Assembly (NCBI GenBank): GCA_950097015.1 | Contig: CATNEN010000038.1 | Coordinates: 6,448,001 to 6,512,000, forward strand | Source: Macrostomum hystrix | Taxonomy: Eukaryota > Animalia > Platyhelminthes | Direction of reading: 5' to 3' | DNA: 64,000 bases | Shown: positions 37,601-49,254 of the stretch, piece by piece | How positions within the stretch are numbered: position 1 is the stretch's first letter | How the letters are laid out: each line of letters starts with the position of its first letter | Made by a program: the position numbers and the translations under genes | Notes under the pieces: generated by a model | The model's input: the letters and a program-made list of their open reading frames with translations, nothing else | The model's database searches: none | What the model was told of the DNA's origin: nothing

Positions 37601-39435
37601 ACTGGCGGGCCAATCTCTAATCTCTCAGCAGTCCCGGTCACTGCCCGCTGCTGACGCTTCGGTCGACGGGGCAGTCCGCGTAAGAATTTGCGCAATGCGG
37701 CCAGAGGAGCGGTACCAGCCGACGAAGAAGCTCCGGCAGCATCAGCAGCAGCAGCAGCAGCGTTGTCTTGGTTTGCTTCGATATTGTCTCGAATTTGCTG
37801 CTTGTTGCTGTTGCTAGCGCGAGTTTTCAATCGACTAAAAAGGAATCTGTGCTTTTTCTTGCCGGCTGTGCCAGGGTCTGGTGGCGCGGTTGACGCAGCT
37901 GGGTCAGCGGTGGTCGCCGCTACCGAAGCTGCAGCTGCTGGTGCTGCTGTCTGTGCGGCAGTAGATTTCACATCATTAAGATCTTGCAGCTTCACTTTGA
38001 AGGCCTTCGGTGTAGCCAGACTGTCGATGGTTCGCCTAACGGTGCCCGTGGATAATTCCGAATGCAGCGAGGTTGTCATCAAGGCCGAAGTTTCCATGGC
38101 AAAAGATGCGGGTGGCGAGAATAGAAATTCCATTGGCAGAGGCAGCGGCGACGGAGATGGCACCGCCTCGTTGGATACCTTGGCAGGCGGAACAAATAAA
38201 TGAAAACTTGCGTAGAATTTAATCTAACTGCTTTACTAACAAGTAGTCAGTTACGAAAGTATTTTTTAATTTAGAAGTAAAATGTCTGAAAGTGCACAAT
38301 CACGCAATTGAAAAAATGAAAAGAATGCTTAAAAAGTGGTTGCTGAAACACGAGATCCCGACCCCACTTTTAAGAACACTCTGATTTTGCGAAGAAAGAA
38401 ATAGGGAATAACAATGGTCATGATTGGAATAACGAAACGAAACTCTAAACCTTTTACTTGTTAGATGTTGCAAAAATCCGACCCTCAGGTTGACTTGTTT
38501 CTTACGCTGGTGAACCCCATGCCTGCGCGTGTGGGGTGGCTGACTTATTGATTTTTTTGCGCTGCATGCACCCCCTGCCCCCCAGTGTTATCTATCTCTC
38601 TCACTTCAACCCTCTATTGTTATCTGCGTTCAGTATATGTACATGTTCCCTCACCCTCTCAGTTTAATACTATATAAATATAAAGTCTGCGAACTGCAGC
38701 GTGATTCGACAGTTTTCAGTTAAGTAAACAGCTATTTTTACAACATTTGATTTTTCATCCAACTCTCCAGTTTTCATTCGGGCGGCAAAATGGCTTGGAA
38801 GTCCTACTGTTAATACCTGGCATTTGAGCAGGTAGGCGCGGTCCCTCTCGATCTCCTCCCGCCTGGCGGCCATGAGTTTTCGCAGTCGCGCATTCAAACT
38901 GTCAAATTGGGCCAGACGAGAGGCGGCCAAAGTGGCTGATTTAGTCGAAGTCAAGGCGGTTGCCAAGGCAGCAGAATCTGGTGGCAGTGATCGCGTCATT
39001 AAGGAATCGACAGATAATGGCGTACTGAATGCAAAGCGGGGATGCTGCTGCTGCTGCTGATACTGCTGATGCTGCTGCTGCTGCTGCTTGCGTCTCCTAA
39101 AGCTGCCGCGGCTATCGAGAACTGACACAGGTGCTTCAGTGGGGACATATCGACTGGCGTGCGGTTGAGCATACCGAGTGATGCGATCCAGGGATCGACT
39201 CTGCATCCTGGGTGGCGGTTGTAAAGGTTGCAGCTGCTGCGGCTGTTGCTGGCGGCGATGTTGAAAGTCTTCCAGACGAGAGGCTCGTCCGTTAGCCGCT
39301 GCGACTGGCGATCTCAGCAAAGTCCGGAGAGTCTCGGAGGGGACCGCTCCACTGCTGCTACTACCGATGCTGCTGCCAATGTAGCCACTGGCCTGAGCTG
39401 CTGAATGCTGCAGTGGAACAACATTGGGCAATAGC
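34215..39435 (-). CDS. DLGAP/GKAP (SAPAP/vulcan-like) family protein; exons ~39435-38817, 38178-37557, 37376-37128, 37041-36872, 35687-35306, 34894-34584, 34427-34215 (first exon not located)
   Basis: GKAP-homology domain SGIFRVSVGKARLLLTEKLAQFRGLCE...DLNGFWAICCLQLEDI, followed by a basic helix (RQRLVELKQR) and the terminus VQIFT*. All six junctions between these exons are GT-AG and phase-consistent. Confidence 0.85.
35100..35234. repeat. 20-bp minisatellite (tagtctcaccctcagtgatc)n
   Basis: About 6.7 perfect units in a DLGAP-like intron. Confidence 0.95.
35820..36820. repeat. 30-bp minisatellite (agtctagtgaaaatcagggataatcttccc)n
   Basis: About 28 units with a 60-bp dimeric substructure, in a DLGAP-like intron. 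Confidence 0.95.
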
Positions 39436-42400
39436 TGAGGGCAGCTAGATATAGATTAGCAAAAAACAAATAGGAATGGTTTACTCAAATCCCAACGAAT
39501 CTCTACTTAGAAAACGAAATCGGAATTCCTTCGGTTTATGATCCCTGAAATTAGTCACGATCGCCATAGGAAAGACACAAAAGAGTGAAAAAGATTGTAT
39601 TTAATCACATTCCAAAACAAGCAGTCAAAAGTCACACCACTTGTTTTATATTTTTTGTCATTAAATGATCACATGCGAACTCAATAAAAAAATAATACAA
39701 AAAGTTGTCAAAATACATTTATATCTACTTCAGTTTGCGATCAAATAAATGGCAACAATTCCAAGTCGAGTCAAAAAGACAACAGTCAGAAACTTCTACA
39801 GAGCCCTGTGGATGGATGAATGAGACAAATTAATTAGTATACTAATGCGTGTCTCCACCCCATCAGCTTTGGTTAACAATCATTTACATGTTTATCTTCC
39901 ATTTAAATGATTGTAAGCTGAAGGTAGTGTGTATACAGATTGTGATCACACCCATTACTGTAACTGATTACTGTAAACCCCCCTTACCTTTGGTTCACTA
40001 TGATTTAAATGTATTTCTGCTATTAAAATTATTGCAAACCAAAGTGGATAGATAGGATCATTTTTGTAGAACAAGAAACAACAAAGTGAAATTATAGAGC
40101 ACAGCTTATCAAATTAAGTTTCCTTCTAGCAATCCATAATCACTGAAATAACAAAACACACTGGGATCTTGAAACAAAATGGAGGTGAAAATGGTCATAA
40201 ACCAAACGAATGCCATGAAATTAATAACACAGAACCTAATTAGCTTAAAATAATGTTTTATAATCCAAAATTGTACATCCAAAAAATTAAGTACCAAAAA
40301 ACACAAAGTAAACCTGAAGTATATAGCAACTACAAATTTAATTGTCCTGAATCATAACACTAGTTTTTATGCTCACCAAGAATTTTCATATTTGAATTAG
40401 GGTTTGATGAGTGATAAAATTATATCTAAAAGGAGTTATCATAAATTATACTTTTTTTGTACACTACTTGATCCTTCCCTATTAACCTGCTACAAATATA
40501 TACTCTATATAAGATAAAATAAATTAAACCGCATAGAGCCATATGTTGTCTAACCAGAATTTATAAAAGTTATTCTTGCGTTAAAAATGTCTAAAAAGTC
40601 CTAAGTTCTGTCGATTGTTTACTTTCTTTCTTGTAAAGTTAACATCATTTTAAAACGCCGCTGTTCTTGTTATTTACGTGCATTGGTATAATAAAAATTG
40701 CTTATTGTCATTAGAAAAACTTTCTCTTTTAGGGTACGCAAAAAATTAAAAATAAATACGTTTTTTAATATCATTTAATTGACATTTGCTATTGTCGAAA
40801 ATTTTCTGAAATTTTAATTAGACATTTTTATAGGAATACGACTTTTCACTTTCGAGTCGATAACAAGATCGAGGTTTGTCTAGAATATGTACCTATAACT
40901 ATTTTTCATTCCGAGTACTGTTTACCTACTGAAAAGCAGACTGTATCTAAAAGAAATATTCCTAAACACTGTTGTTTGTACTCAGTATAGTAAACGCTAC
41001 ATCAACAAAATAAAGCAATCTTTGTTAATTATATCATGTGGCTTCTTTAAATGAATTCTCAAGTTTATAAGAATCTATATCATTGTATCGTAGTAGGCTT
41101 ATCGTATACTTTCTTATAAACATATGTTGTTATATTAGCTTTTTCAAATCAAGTATCACGACTGATGGTGTGATTTTTTGTTGTTATGCCTGGCTGGGCC
41201 TATCTATAAAACATTCCTAGTTTACCTGCTAGGAACTGGGTTGTACCTGGCCATTCTATACCATATTTATGCTTCTTTACCATCTTTAATATGGATATTT
41301 GAATTAAAAACTGATGAGCACTATTACTTTAAAAAAGTTGACAATCTGCAAATGACACCCAGTGCACTTTTGAGGAGTTGGTAAAGAGCCATGCAGTGCA
41401 TACAAAATGTGTTGTGTGTGTTATACAAGACACACAGCAAACCAAGCATTGCTAAAAATGTTTAGTACTGTTTTCCTGTCTACTTCTATAGAAAACTAAA
41501 ATATTTCTAGCAAAATAGTAAAACAATAACAAGAAGCTTTTGGAATTAATAAAATGATTATATTGGGTGAATTGCTTCCAGTCAATTTTCAGCTCATTTG
41601 GTTGAGTAGTAGTACCCAAAATGAGGATCTTTTAAAATACATTGGGGAGATAGGCGAGCATCAGTTTTTTCATAATTGTGTTCTTAATCCCCAAAAGAAC
41701 TGTATTAAAAATTTCTGTGTTGCAGTTCTAATAAGTGAAAAGTTATTCATTGAGTTTGGAGTAGATTCGATGACGATAAAATGTTTTTTGTTAATCTTTG
41801 AATATCAATCTGAATATCACTTGGGAAATACCTACATGCACTCGATTCTAAAGTGTGTTTGTTGGTTTTAAAAAATATTCCAATAAGGACCACTATATAG
41901 ACAAGTCCTTAGGCTGCTAAGTGATAGCTATAGATTGTTTCATAATAAAATGGCTTATAGTTATCTCAATATAATAAGTATTGAATAGAATATTTTGTTA
42001 GATTTTTGCAAATTGATAGTATTATCTATATATATTACTAGAGATTATATTCTCTTCAATGACAAGCAAAACTTCATCAAAGAGACCCAGTCTTTTGTAG
42101 CAGTTGTTTTGTTAGAACTTGTAATGAATTCCAGAGATAAAATTAAGCAATTTTAGTACTTGATAACAAACTTTAGTTTGTAAGGAAATATGTATGAGGT
42201 GAAGTTGATTGTGGTGTGTGAGTTAATTGTTTTTTGTGTGATAAATCAATTTTTTTAGTTTTAATGTATTTTCTAAATTCATAAAGAGTGTTAGCCAAGT
42301 CCAAAGAGGGTTTAACCAATTTATCTTATCAAGTTTTATTGACTTTTTAGACAGAAAAGCATCTTACAATTAATTAATTGAATTATTTCTTATGTATTGT

Positions 42401-42561
42401 TACTAGCATTTTTGTAGCTCTTATATATATTTGAATATTTTTATGGGCTATTCGGATGAAACACTATCTTACAATAATTTCTTGTTTATTCACAGCCAGT
42501 TAACAGAAATATTGTAACCAGCCCACCAGTGGCAGTGAAAGTACAGGCCACACACAGCACA

Positions 42562-45500
42562 ATGTTTGGCGATGGCAACAACAACCAACAGAATGACAAT
42601 AGCAGTCTTCATCTGTATAGATACGAAGCTGAGGAACTGTCAGCTGAGGATCTGCTACGGGAACAGCTGGTGGAAGAAAACTTTGAAGTGACAATTTATT
42701 ATCACTCTAAGCAGAGTCTTTTTTACCAACGGATTTGCCTGGCCATTCGCCTCTCTGGCCTATCATCAGCCATGCCAGTGCGAGAGCACAAGCTGCCCAA
42801 TGCTTCTGCTCGGGAATGTTGCCTGCTGGCTGGCGGGATGGCCCACAGCGCCACCCAGTTCTACAGGCTGCTGGAAATGGCCATTGCCAGCTACCAACAG
42901 CTTTGCCGGGAGACCTACTCGAGCAACAGAAAATGTCGGAGCCTTCTGCCTTCGGATATTGCTGAAGAGGTTAGCAACTCCAGCATCTTTTATGTTTTTT
43001 TTGTTACTTTTCTACCATCTACAAGTTCCAGGCCTTAGCAGCTGGAAAGTGGCAGGGTAGCAGAGCGTCTGAAACTTGCAACGAGCGTCGCGATTTCGAG
43101 TCTGCGCCAAGGACAAGGCCTATAGAACTTCTTTAAGGCCTATAGTCTCCCTGCCTTGTCTTTCCTTTATCTCTTCTTCCCTGTCTCATCTCTCTCCTAT
43201 CTCATTCTCTCTTGTCTGTCTCATCTCTCATATCTCATTCTCTCTTGTCTGTCTCATCTCTCCGTGTCTCATCTCTCGCCTCTCTTATCTTCCCCTGTCT
43301 CATATCTGCTCTGTCTCATCCATTCCTACTCATCTCTCCCCTGCCTCATCTCTCCCCCTGTCTTATCTCTCCTTGTCTCATCTCTTCTCTGTCTCATGTC
43401 TCCACTGTTTTATTTCTCCCTCTCTTATCTCTCCCTGTCTCATCTCTCCCCTGTCTCATGTTACTTCTGAGTCAGATGACGGAGACGACCCAATTTAGTG
43501 GCTAGCCTCTAGCTTGGCCTTTTACGGTCTAATTCTAGTGCTCCTGTTGAGCAGCTCTTAAGCTACTAAAGCTAGTGTATTTTGGGCTTGATCCTATATA
43601 AGCAGCAGAGGTTGTGCACATAGACGATTCTCAATCTGCTTCATCGTCTCAAATAAAAGTGCACATTGCTGTAGTCCAACACCCCTCCCCAATAGTTTTT
43701 ACTGTCCCTGCATTTCAGTTCTGTTCACGTGCGGTCGGGCTTCCCTAGTGCAGAGTAGTGCAATCTGTCCGGCGCTTTACGCATTCGCTGGCAACGTCGA
43801 GTTCCATCGGGTTGGAGCTCGGGTAGGCTCGCTTCGCCCAGGTCGGGTTTGCCTGGGCGCTGTAAGTCACTTGCCGGTCCATCTGTAGTCACAGGTTCAA
43901 ATCTGGGCTTGGTCTGCTCCAAATGATATCGACCGACTTTCCCATTGTCCAACTGTACGCCAACGATAGCTTGTCCTTCTTTTGATACGACTTCACCTGC
44001 TCTCCACTTTTCTGTCTCGTTTTTATACGTCTTGACCCACACGGGTTCTCTCGCCAGGGACAAGGTTGCCGTCCTCAGGAGGTGTCCTCGCATCAACTCG
44101 GACGGTGCCTTTCCAGTCGTCGAATGGCGAGAATTCCGGTATTGTACTCGTAGTAGAAAGCGGTCTACACTGGTCTGCAGGTCTTCCTCGCTTCCAGATG
44201 CTCGAATGTGGTTTTTTAGGTCACGAACAAGTCTTTCCGCTAAACCGTTGGACCATGGGTGGTACGGAGGTGTCAGCACATGTCGGCAACCAATGCCTTT
44301 AAGCCACCCCTCCATCTCTGCGGATGTAAACTGTGGTCCGTTGTCGGTCACTAAAGTCACAGGAATGCCTTCCTGCGAAAATGTTCTGCGCATGCGTCGT
44401 ATGGTCTCTGACGAAGTTGTTGATAGAACAACGTGTACCTCCGCCCACTTGCTGAACGCATCGACAAGTACGAGTAGGTACTTGTCGCCTTTAAATGGTC
44501 CGGCGTAGTCCGCATGTACTCTGTGCCACTTTTCGCTCTCGTCCGGCCAAGCAGTCCATTGAATCGTCGACCCGTGGTCTTTGTTCACCTGGCAGGATGT
44601 GCAGCGCTTTGCATATAGTGTGACATCGGAATCTACTCCAGGCCACCAGACGCACTGTCTGGCTATCGATTTCATTTTTCTGAGCCGATATGGCCGTCGT
44701 GCAGCAACTGCAGGACTTTCTGGCGCTCTTCCTTAGGGGTTTGTTTCTGACGCAATGGAATTTCCATGAAGTAGTGCAAAAAATGACGCACTGTATTCCT
44801 ATGAGAACGAAACAAAATTAGAAATTACGCAAACCGTAACCCTAACCCTAACCACTTTTTCCTTTTTGTCTGTATGTCTTGCCATCAAAAACCTATATTA
44901 TAGCCTTGTAAATGGCTCTTATGGACTCAGGATACAGCAATAGCAATTTTATATTGAATTCTATATGTAAAAGCAATTAAATAGCAAGATTGAAAAGCAA
45001 AAGCAAAAATGTAAGAATCTTTTTTTAATACAAGCAGCATGAATGAATGTATTAAGCAATAGTAAATGCCTAAGTTAGTACTAATTAGCTAAAAGTGATG
45101 ACATTATGTGCTCGAATATATCAAGCAACTTCGTAGAGTACTACATGTTAGATGTATGTATATACAATCAGTGTCCTACACATGCCCACAGTTCATAAGA
45201 GAGCAGTCAGAATCTATCACAATAATATTATTGTCGAATTTTATGAAATTAAACATTTGATTTACTAATAAACATTCTGAATTATAACAAAGCATCATTC
45301 CAGTGCAGTTTTGTCAGAATGCTTATACAAAGTATTATTACTGACAGACGCATTCAATACTATTTGGACAACGAAATTAAAGCTGCGGACATGCATAGAG
45401 CAGAAATTCGTATATTTTGAGCATAATAGTGAGTTCAATGAGAGACTTAGTCAATGCAGAAAGAAGTTTGCAAATTACAAAATGTTTTTATTGCTTAAAG

Positions 45501-48206
45501 GTTGCATTACATCAAATCTATAGGCATTGAATTGAATGGCATCAAACTAATTGTGTCTTTCGTTTGAAAGAAATCATGACTCGTCAGTTTCAGACAGCTG
45601 GAAAATGACGCGTCAGATTTGAAGGATCTGATACGCACTATTTTAGGGCAGCTTTTCACTGCACGCTACTGCAAAGTAATATGGCTAATATGTTTGCAGA
45701 CGCCACGTAATACCTGTAGATTCGAAAAGGACAAAAAAAATAATAGCACCAAATGCTTTGTAAACTCTCGATTAAGAACTTCTAATCTACAGGTACTCAA
45801 ATTACTGTGCTCAGTGTATTATTCTTATTCATCGATTAGGTACCGTGCGAGCCGTTCTTCTCGATTGAAGAAAACAGTTGCCTCATTGGCCATTGAAAAT
45901 GCATTGAGTAGCTCTGGGTCAGCGCTTTCCGGCCTGTCGAAGGTGTCGAACGGTTTGATTCTTCCCAGGTCAATCCACATCCTCGTAGGTGGCGTCTCAA
46001 ACGTGGACGTGGATTCTCTGTCCTTTAGTGTGCGTTAAGGTGCATGGGTCATTGCAGACCATTGCTGGCCAATAAGGATACGTTGAAAATTTCGCGTGGA
46101 CGAGGTCGCCACAATTAAAAGATTTGCACATTTGCTCGCGCTTCTGCCGAAGGCTGTGCTTGATCTCACCGGCATCTAGATTAGCACCATTTTTGTCGAT
46201 TTTTGTTACTTCGGCTGGCTCCAGGGAAGCATCGGCAGGCTTTGGTGCTTTTCTGGGCTTCTCGCTGCTGGATGAGTCGGACTGCCGCTTTCTAGAACTA
46301 GGGATAAGCAGGCGGACACCTCTGTACAGGAGACCCTTCTCAATGATAAGTTCGTCGCGAAATCGTGCGTAGGACGACATTTTCTGACATCCCCGGAAGT
46401 CCATCCATATTTCACAAACGTGAAAAGTTGTCTCAGTTCTTTGTCGGATCTTGACTGACACCGGATCCGTTCCTTGTCAATCGGCATCTCCAGTAGGCAG
46501 TCTTGGATGGAGCTCACGTCGAACTGGACGGGGTCAGCTTCGGCAGAGTTTAATCTAGATAGCGCGTCCGCAACTTGTATTTCTTCGGAGCATTTACATT
46601 CGATGACATAGTCGTATTCCATTAAGGTGATGGCCCAGCGTTGTAGTCTCGCATCGTGCGATGTTGACAAACATCCTTGCGGTGGCCTTCTTTACCGCAG
46701 CAGTAGCATTTCATATGATCAGTTTGACCATGCTGCTTCCACTTGCTAGGAGACTTCGAGGCTTTGTGATTGCTCAGTCTTTTCTGCGTCTCGGGCATGA
46801 GCCTTTCCTGTGGAATTGTCTTTCTGATCAGTAGGACGTGATTGCCCCTTATCTGTCTTTCACCGCGGGTTACGGCTTCACATGCGCTTGCCACGGACGT
46901 TACCCTCTCCAAATTAAGGTCTGTCATTTTCTCAGAGAGCAGCTTGCGAACGATGTCCTTATTTGACAGTCCGAAGACGAACTGATCTCTGAGTCTCTCG
47001 TTGAGATCGGTGAACTCACAGTTCGCAGCAGCCAGTCGCAACCGTCTCGCGTACGCTGACACCAGTTCACCCTCCTCCTGCTTAATTTGATGGAAGGTGT
47101 ACCTGTGCGCCAGGCCGGATTTCGCAGTCCCAGTTTCTTTCTCTAGGATGCCTTTCAATTCTGCGTATGACTTGTCCTCAGGTTTGCCTGGTAGCAGGGC
47201 GTCGGCGAGGATATTGAACGCTCGCTTACCGAGCTGAGCGATGAAGGCATATTTCACCGCAGTATCGTCCCATTTGTTGAGCTTAGCGACTGCCTCGAAA
47301 CGTTGAAGCCAGCGTCCAATCTCGGCCGGCGCTTCGAACTCCAAGGGCTCGATTGGTACCGCTGTCTTCGCCAGTGTTACTTCTGAGTCAGATGACGGAG
47401 ACGACCCAATTTAGTGGCTAGCCTCTAGCTTGGCCTTTTACGGTCTAATTCTAGTGCTCCTGTTGAGCAGCTCTAAGCTACTAAAGCTAGTGTATTTTGG
47501 GCTTTATCCTATACAAGCAGCAGAGGTTGTGCACATAGACGATTCTCAATCTGCTTCATCGTCTCAAATAAAAGTGCACATTGCTGTAGTCCAACATCTC
47601 ACCTCTCCCCTGTATCATCTCTCCCCTGTCTTCTCTCTCCTATCTCATCTCTCCTATCTCATCTCTCCCCTGTCTCATCTCTCCCCTGTCTTCTCTCTCC
47701 CCTGTCTTCTCTCCCCTATCTCATCTCTCCAATCTCATCTCTCCCCTGTCTCATCTCTTCCCGCCTAACTCGCCACCCTGCAGGTATCCGAGCTTCACGC
47801 CGTTCTGGCGCGCTTGGAAGCGCGCACTCCGGCGCGCGAAGCGGCGCGCTCTCTAGCCGCCGCCGAAGCCCGCCTCCTCCTCACAGACCAGGATCGGATT
47901 GGCCGTGGCGGCGGCGGCAGTTTCTTATTCGGCTCCCGACCCACAATAGCCGATGTTGATTTGTTGACTTATTTAAACGCCGCCTCCTCTGATTGGTTAG
48001 CCGAGGGGCCAAAAGCGAATCGCCTGCATCCGGCCAGACGGTTGCCAGGTCGACTACAGCGCTACCTGGCAGCCAATTCGCGACTGGCGCCACCGAAACC
48101 CAGCCTGACCGACTGGCTGCTGCCAGATGCTCGGACCATTGTGACCTACACATCGGCTGCTGCATTCGGACTGTCGCTTGCTTATTTTATCATTCGGCAC
48201 GTCTGA
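42562..48206 (+). CDS. Divergent GST-fold protein with C-terminal membrane anchor (GDAP1/metaxin/FAX-like); exons 42562-42969 and 47784-48206
   Basis: GST N-like VTIYYHSKQSLFYQRICLAI, GST_C motif FLFGSRPTIADVDL and a hydrophobic C-terminal tail TSAAAFGLSLAYFIIRHV. Junction GAG|gttagc...ctgcag|GTA is phase 0. Confidence 0.7.
43150..43458. repeat. CT-rich (tctcatctctcc[c]tg)-type array, continuing at 47597-47760 beyond the LTR element
   Basis: The same unit type lies on both sides of the retrotransposon. Confidence 0.85.
43459..43681 (-). repeat. 3' LTR
   Basis: Direct repeat of 47375-47596, adjacent to the PPT. Confidence 0.95.
43725..44735 (-). CDS. Gypsy integrase (HHCC zinc finger plus rve DDE core)
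   Basis: LHDGHIG..KMKSIARQCVWWPG..CTSCQ, RVHADYAGP, VDAFSKW, LVTDNGPQF and PYHPWSNGLAER. Confidence 0.92.
44736..46298 (-). mobile_element. Secondary 1.56-kb insertion within gypsy pol carrying a PWWP-domain coding segment
   Basis: The insert splits pol at LLIP|KEERQKVLQLLHDGH. It is flanked by duplicated TA (or TAGGG) and contains (TAACCC)n at 44837-44853. Confidence 0.8.
45825..46298 (-). pseudogene. PWWP domain (NSD/ZCWPW/MSH6-type) coding segment with one frameshift
   Basis: FNCGDLVHAKFSTYPYWPAMVCNDP...RIHVH, then after a frameshift near 46000 FETPPTRMWIDLGRIKPF...LLNAFSMANEATVFFNREERLARYLIDE*. Confidence 0.8.
46299..46670 (-). pseudogene. Gypsy pol remnant (RNase H C-terminus and linker), frameshifted
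   Basis: ARLQRWAITLMEYDYVI...VADALSRL and FRDELIIEKGLLYRGVRLLIP. Confidence 0.85.
46622..47344 (-). CDS. Gypsy Gag with CCHC zinc knuckle (no ATG visible)
   Basis: QEEGELVSAYARRLRLAAANCEF...LRDQFVFGL and CYCCGKEGHRKDVC. Confidence 0.88.
   Translation of the reverse strand: MEFEAPAEIGRWLQRFEAVAKLNKWDDTAVKYAFIAQLGKRAFNILADALLPGKPEDKSYAELKGILEKETGTAKSGLAHRYTFHQIKQEEGELVSAYARRLRLAAANCEFTDLNERLRDQFVFGLSNKDIVRKLLSEKMTDLNLERVTSVASACEAVTRGERQIRGNHVLLIRKTIPQERLMPETQKRLSNHKASKSPSKWKQHGQTDHMKCYCCGKEGHRKDVCQHRTMRDYNAGPSP
47375..47596 (-). repeat. 5' LTR
   Basis: Direct repeat of 43459-43681, followed on the minus strand by the PBS. Confidence 0.95.
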
Positions 48207-48304
48207 GATGGAAGCTTGTTTTATCACCATTGAGAAGTTCGCTTTGGTGGACTTTTATTAGTGCAATCGTTTATTAACATTTCTTAGCAAGAGTCGACCA
48301 CAAC

Positions 48305-48652
48305 ATCATCTCATCTCCTCAGTCCCATCTCTCGTGCCCTATCTCTCTTGTCCAATCTCTCCTGTCTCATCTCTCCTGTCTCATCTCTCCTGTCTCATCT
48401 CTCCTGTATTATCTCTCCTGTCTCATCTCCTCAGTCCCATCTCTCGTGCCCTATCTATCTTGTCCAATCTCTCCTGTCTCATCTCTCCTGTCTCATCTCT
48501 CCTGTCTCATCTCTCCTGTCTCATCTCTCCTGTCTCATCTCTCCTGTATCATCTCTCCTGTATCATCTCTCCTGTATTATCTCTCCTGTCTCATCTCTCC
48601 TGTCCCATCTCTCCTGTATTATCTCTCCTGTCTCATCTCTCCTGTCCCACAT
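48305..48652. repeat. 14-bp CT-rich array (tctcatctctcctg)n
   Basis: Tandem units just 3' of the GST-like gene. Confidence 0.9.
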
Positions 48653-48664
48653 CTTTGAGAAGGA

Positions 48665-48810
48665 TATTCTGCCCATTTAAGTTAGCCCCTAAGCACACAC
48701 TCATGCAGGTGTGTACATCATCCTTGACTATCTCATCGTCAAACAGTGTACAGTAAAGTATCACTGTGCCTTAGCAGTTGGTCTTTATTGGCGTTTATTC
48801 CACGACAAGC
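48665..48810 (-). mobile_element. SINE family A fragment
   Basis: 'attctgcccattt...gcacacac...caggtgtgtacatc...tctcatcgtc...cactgtgcc' aligns to 594-720. Confidence 0.6.
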
Positions 48811-49254
48811 CCTATGTCTGTACTTCTATGTTTCATTCATAGATGCGATCGTTGTGTATAGCGCTTCACATACTACGAGTATTTTAGTGAGTGCTGTCAC
48901 TTGTTTGCACATAAGTTGCTTCAATAAAAATCTAGTGTTTTTATTGCTTTTCGTTTTTTTTCGCTCTACTCCTACTTGTGAGTAGGTATTTTTCGAATTT
49001 CAATAATCTGTTTGATTAATTGTTTTTCTGATCTGTGACGTCGAGACAAAAACATCTTCAGCACTTATTGTGTTGATTTGCACATACCTGCACAGCTTCT
49101 TTGTTCCATTTTTCAACATTGCTAGTGTTTTCTCTCATTCCATGTATTAGTCAGGCCTTTTTGTCATAGGCTCAGAGAGCATCCTATATTACTAACTGGA
49201 TCACATTATAAATAACAGCATAACAGAATAAGCCCAGATTGATCTGTCCTAATG

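Larger units (their letters stand above)
43459..47596 (-). mobile_element. Ty3/gypsy LTR retrotransposon, internally deleted and interrupted
   Basis: TG...CA LTRs at 47375-47596 (5') and 43459-43681 (3') differ by 2 substitutions and 1 indel. PBS TGGCGAAGAC follows the 5' LTR, PPT GGGGAGGGG precedes the 3' LTR, and the TSD is TCTCA on both sides. Confidence 0.95.

Noticed and set aside
47430-47768. 112-aa ORF with a signal-peptide-like start
   Set aside because: It lies antisense in the LTR and runs into the CT-rich repeat. The other LTR copy has a frameshift and stop in it.
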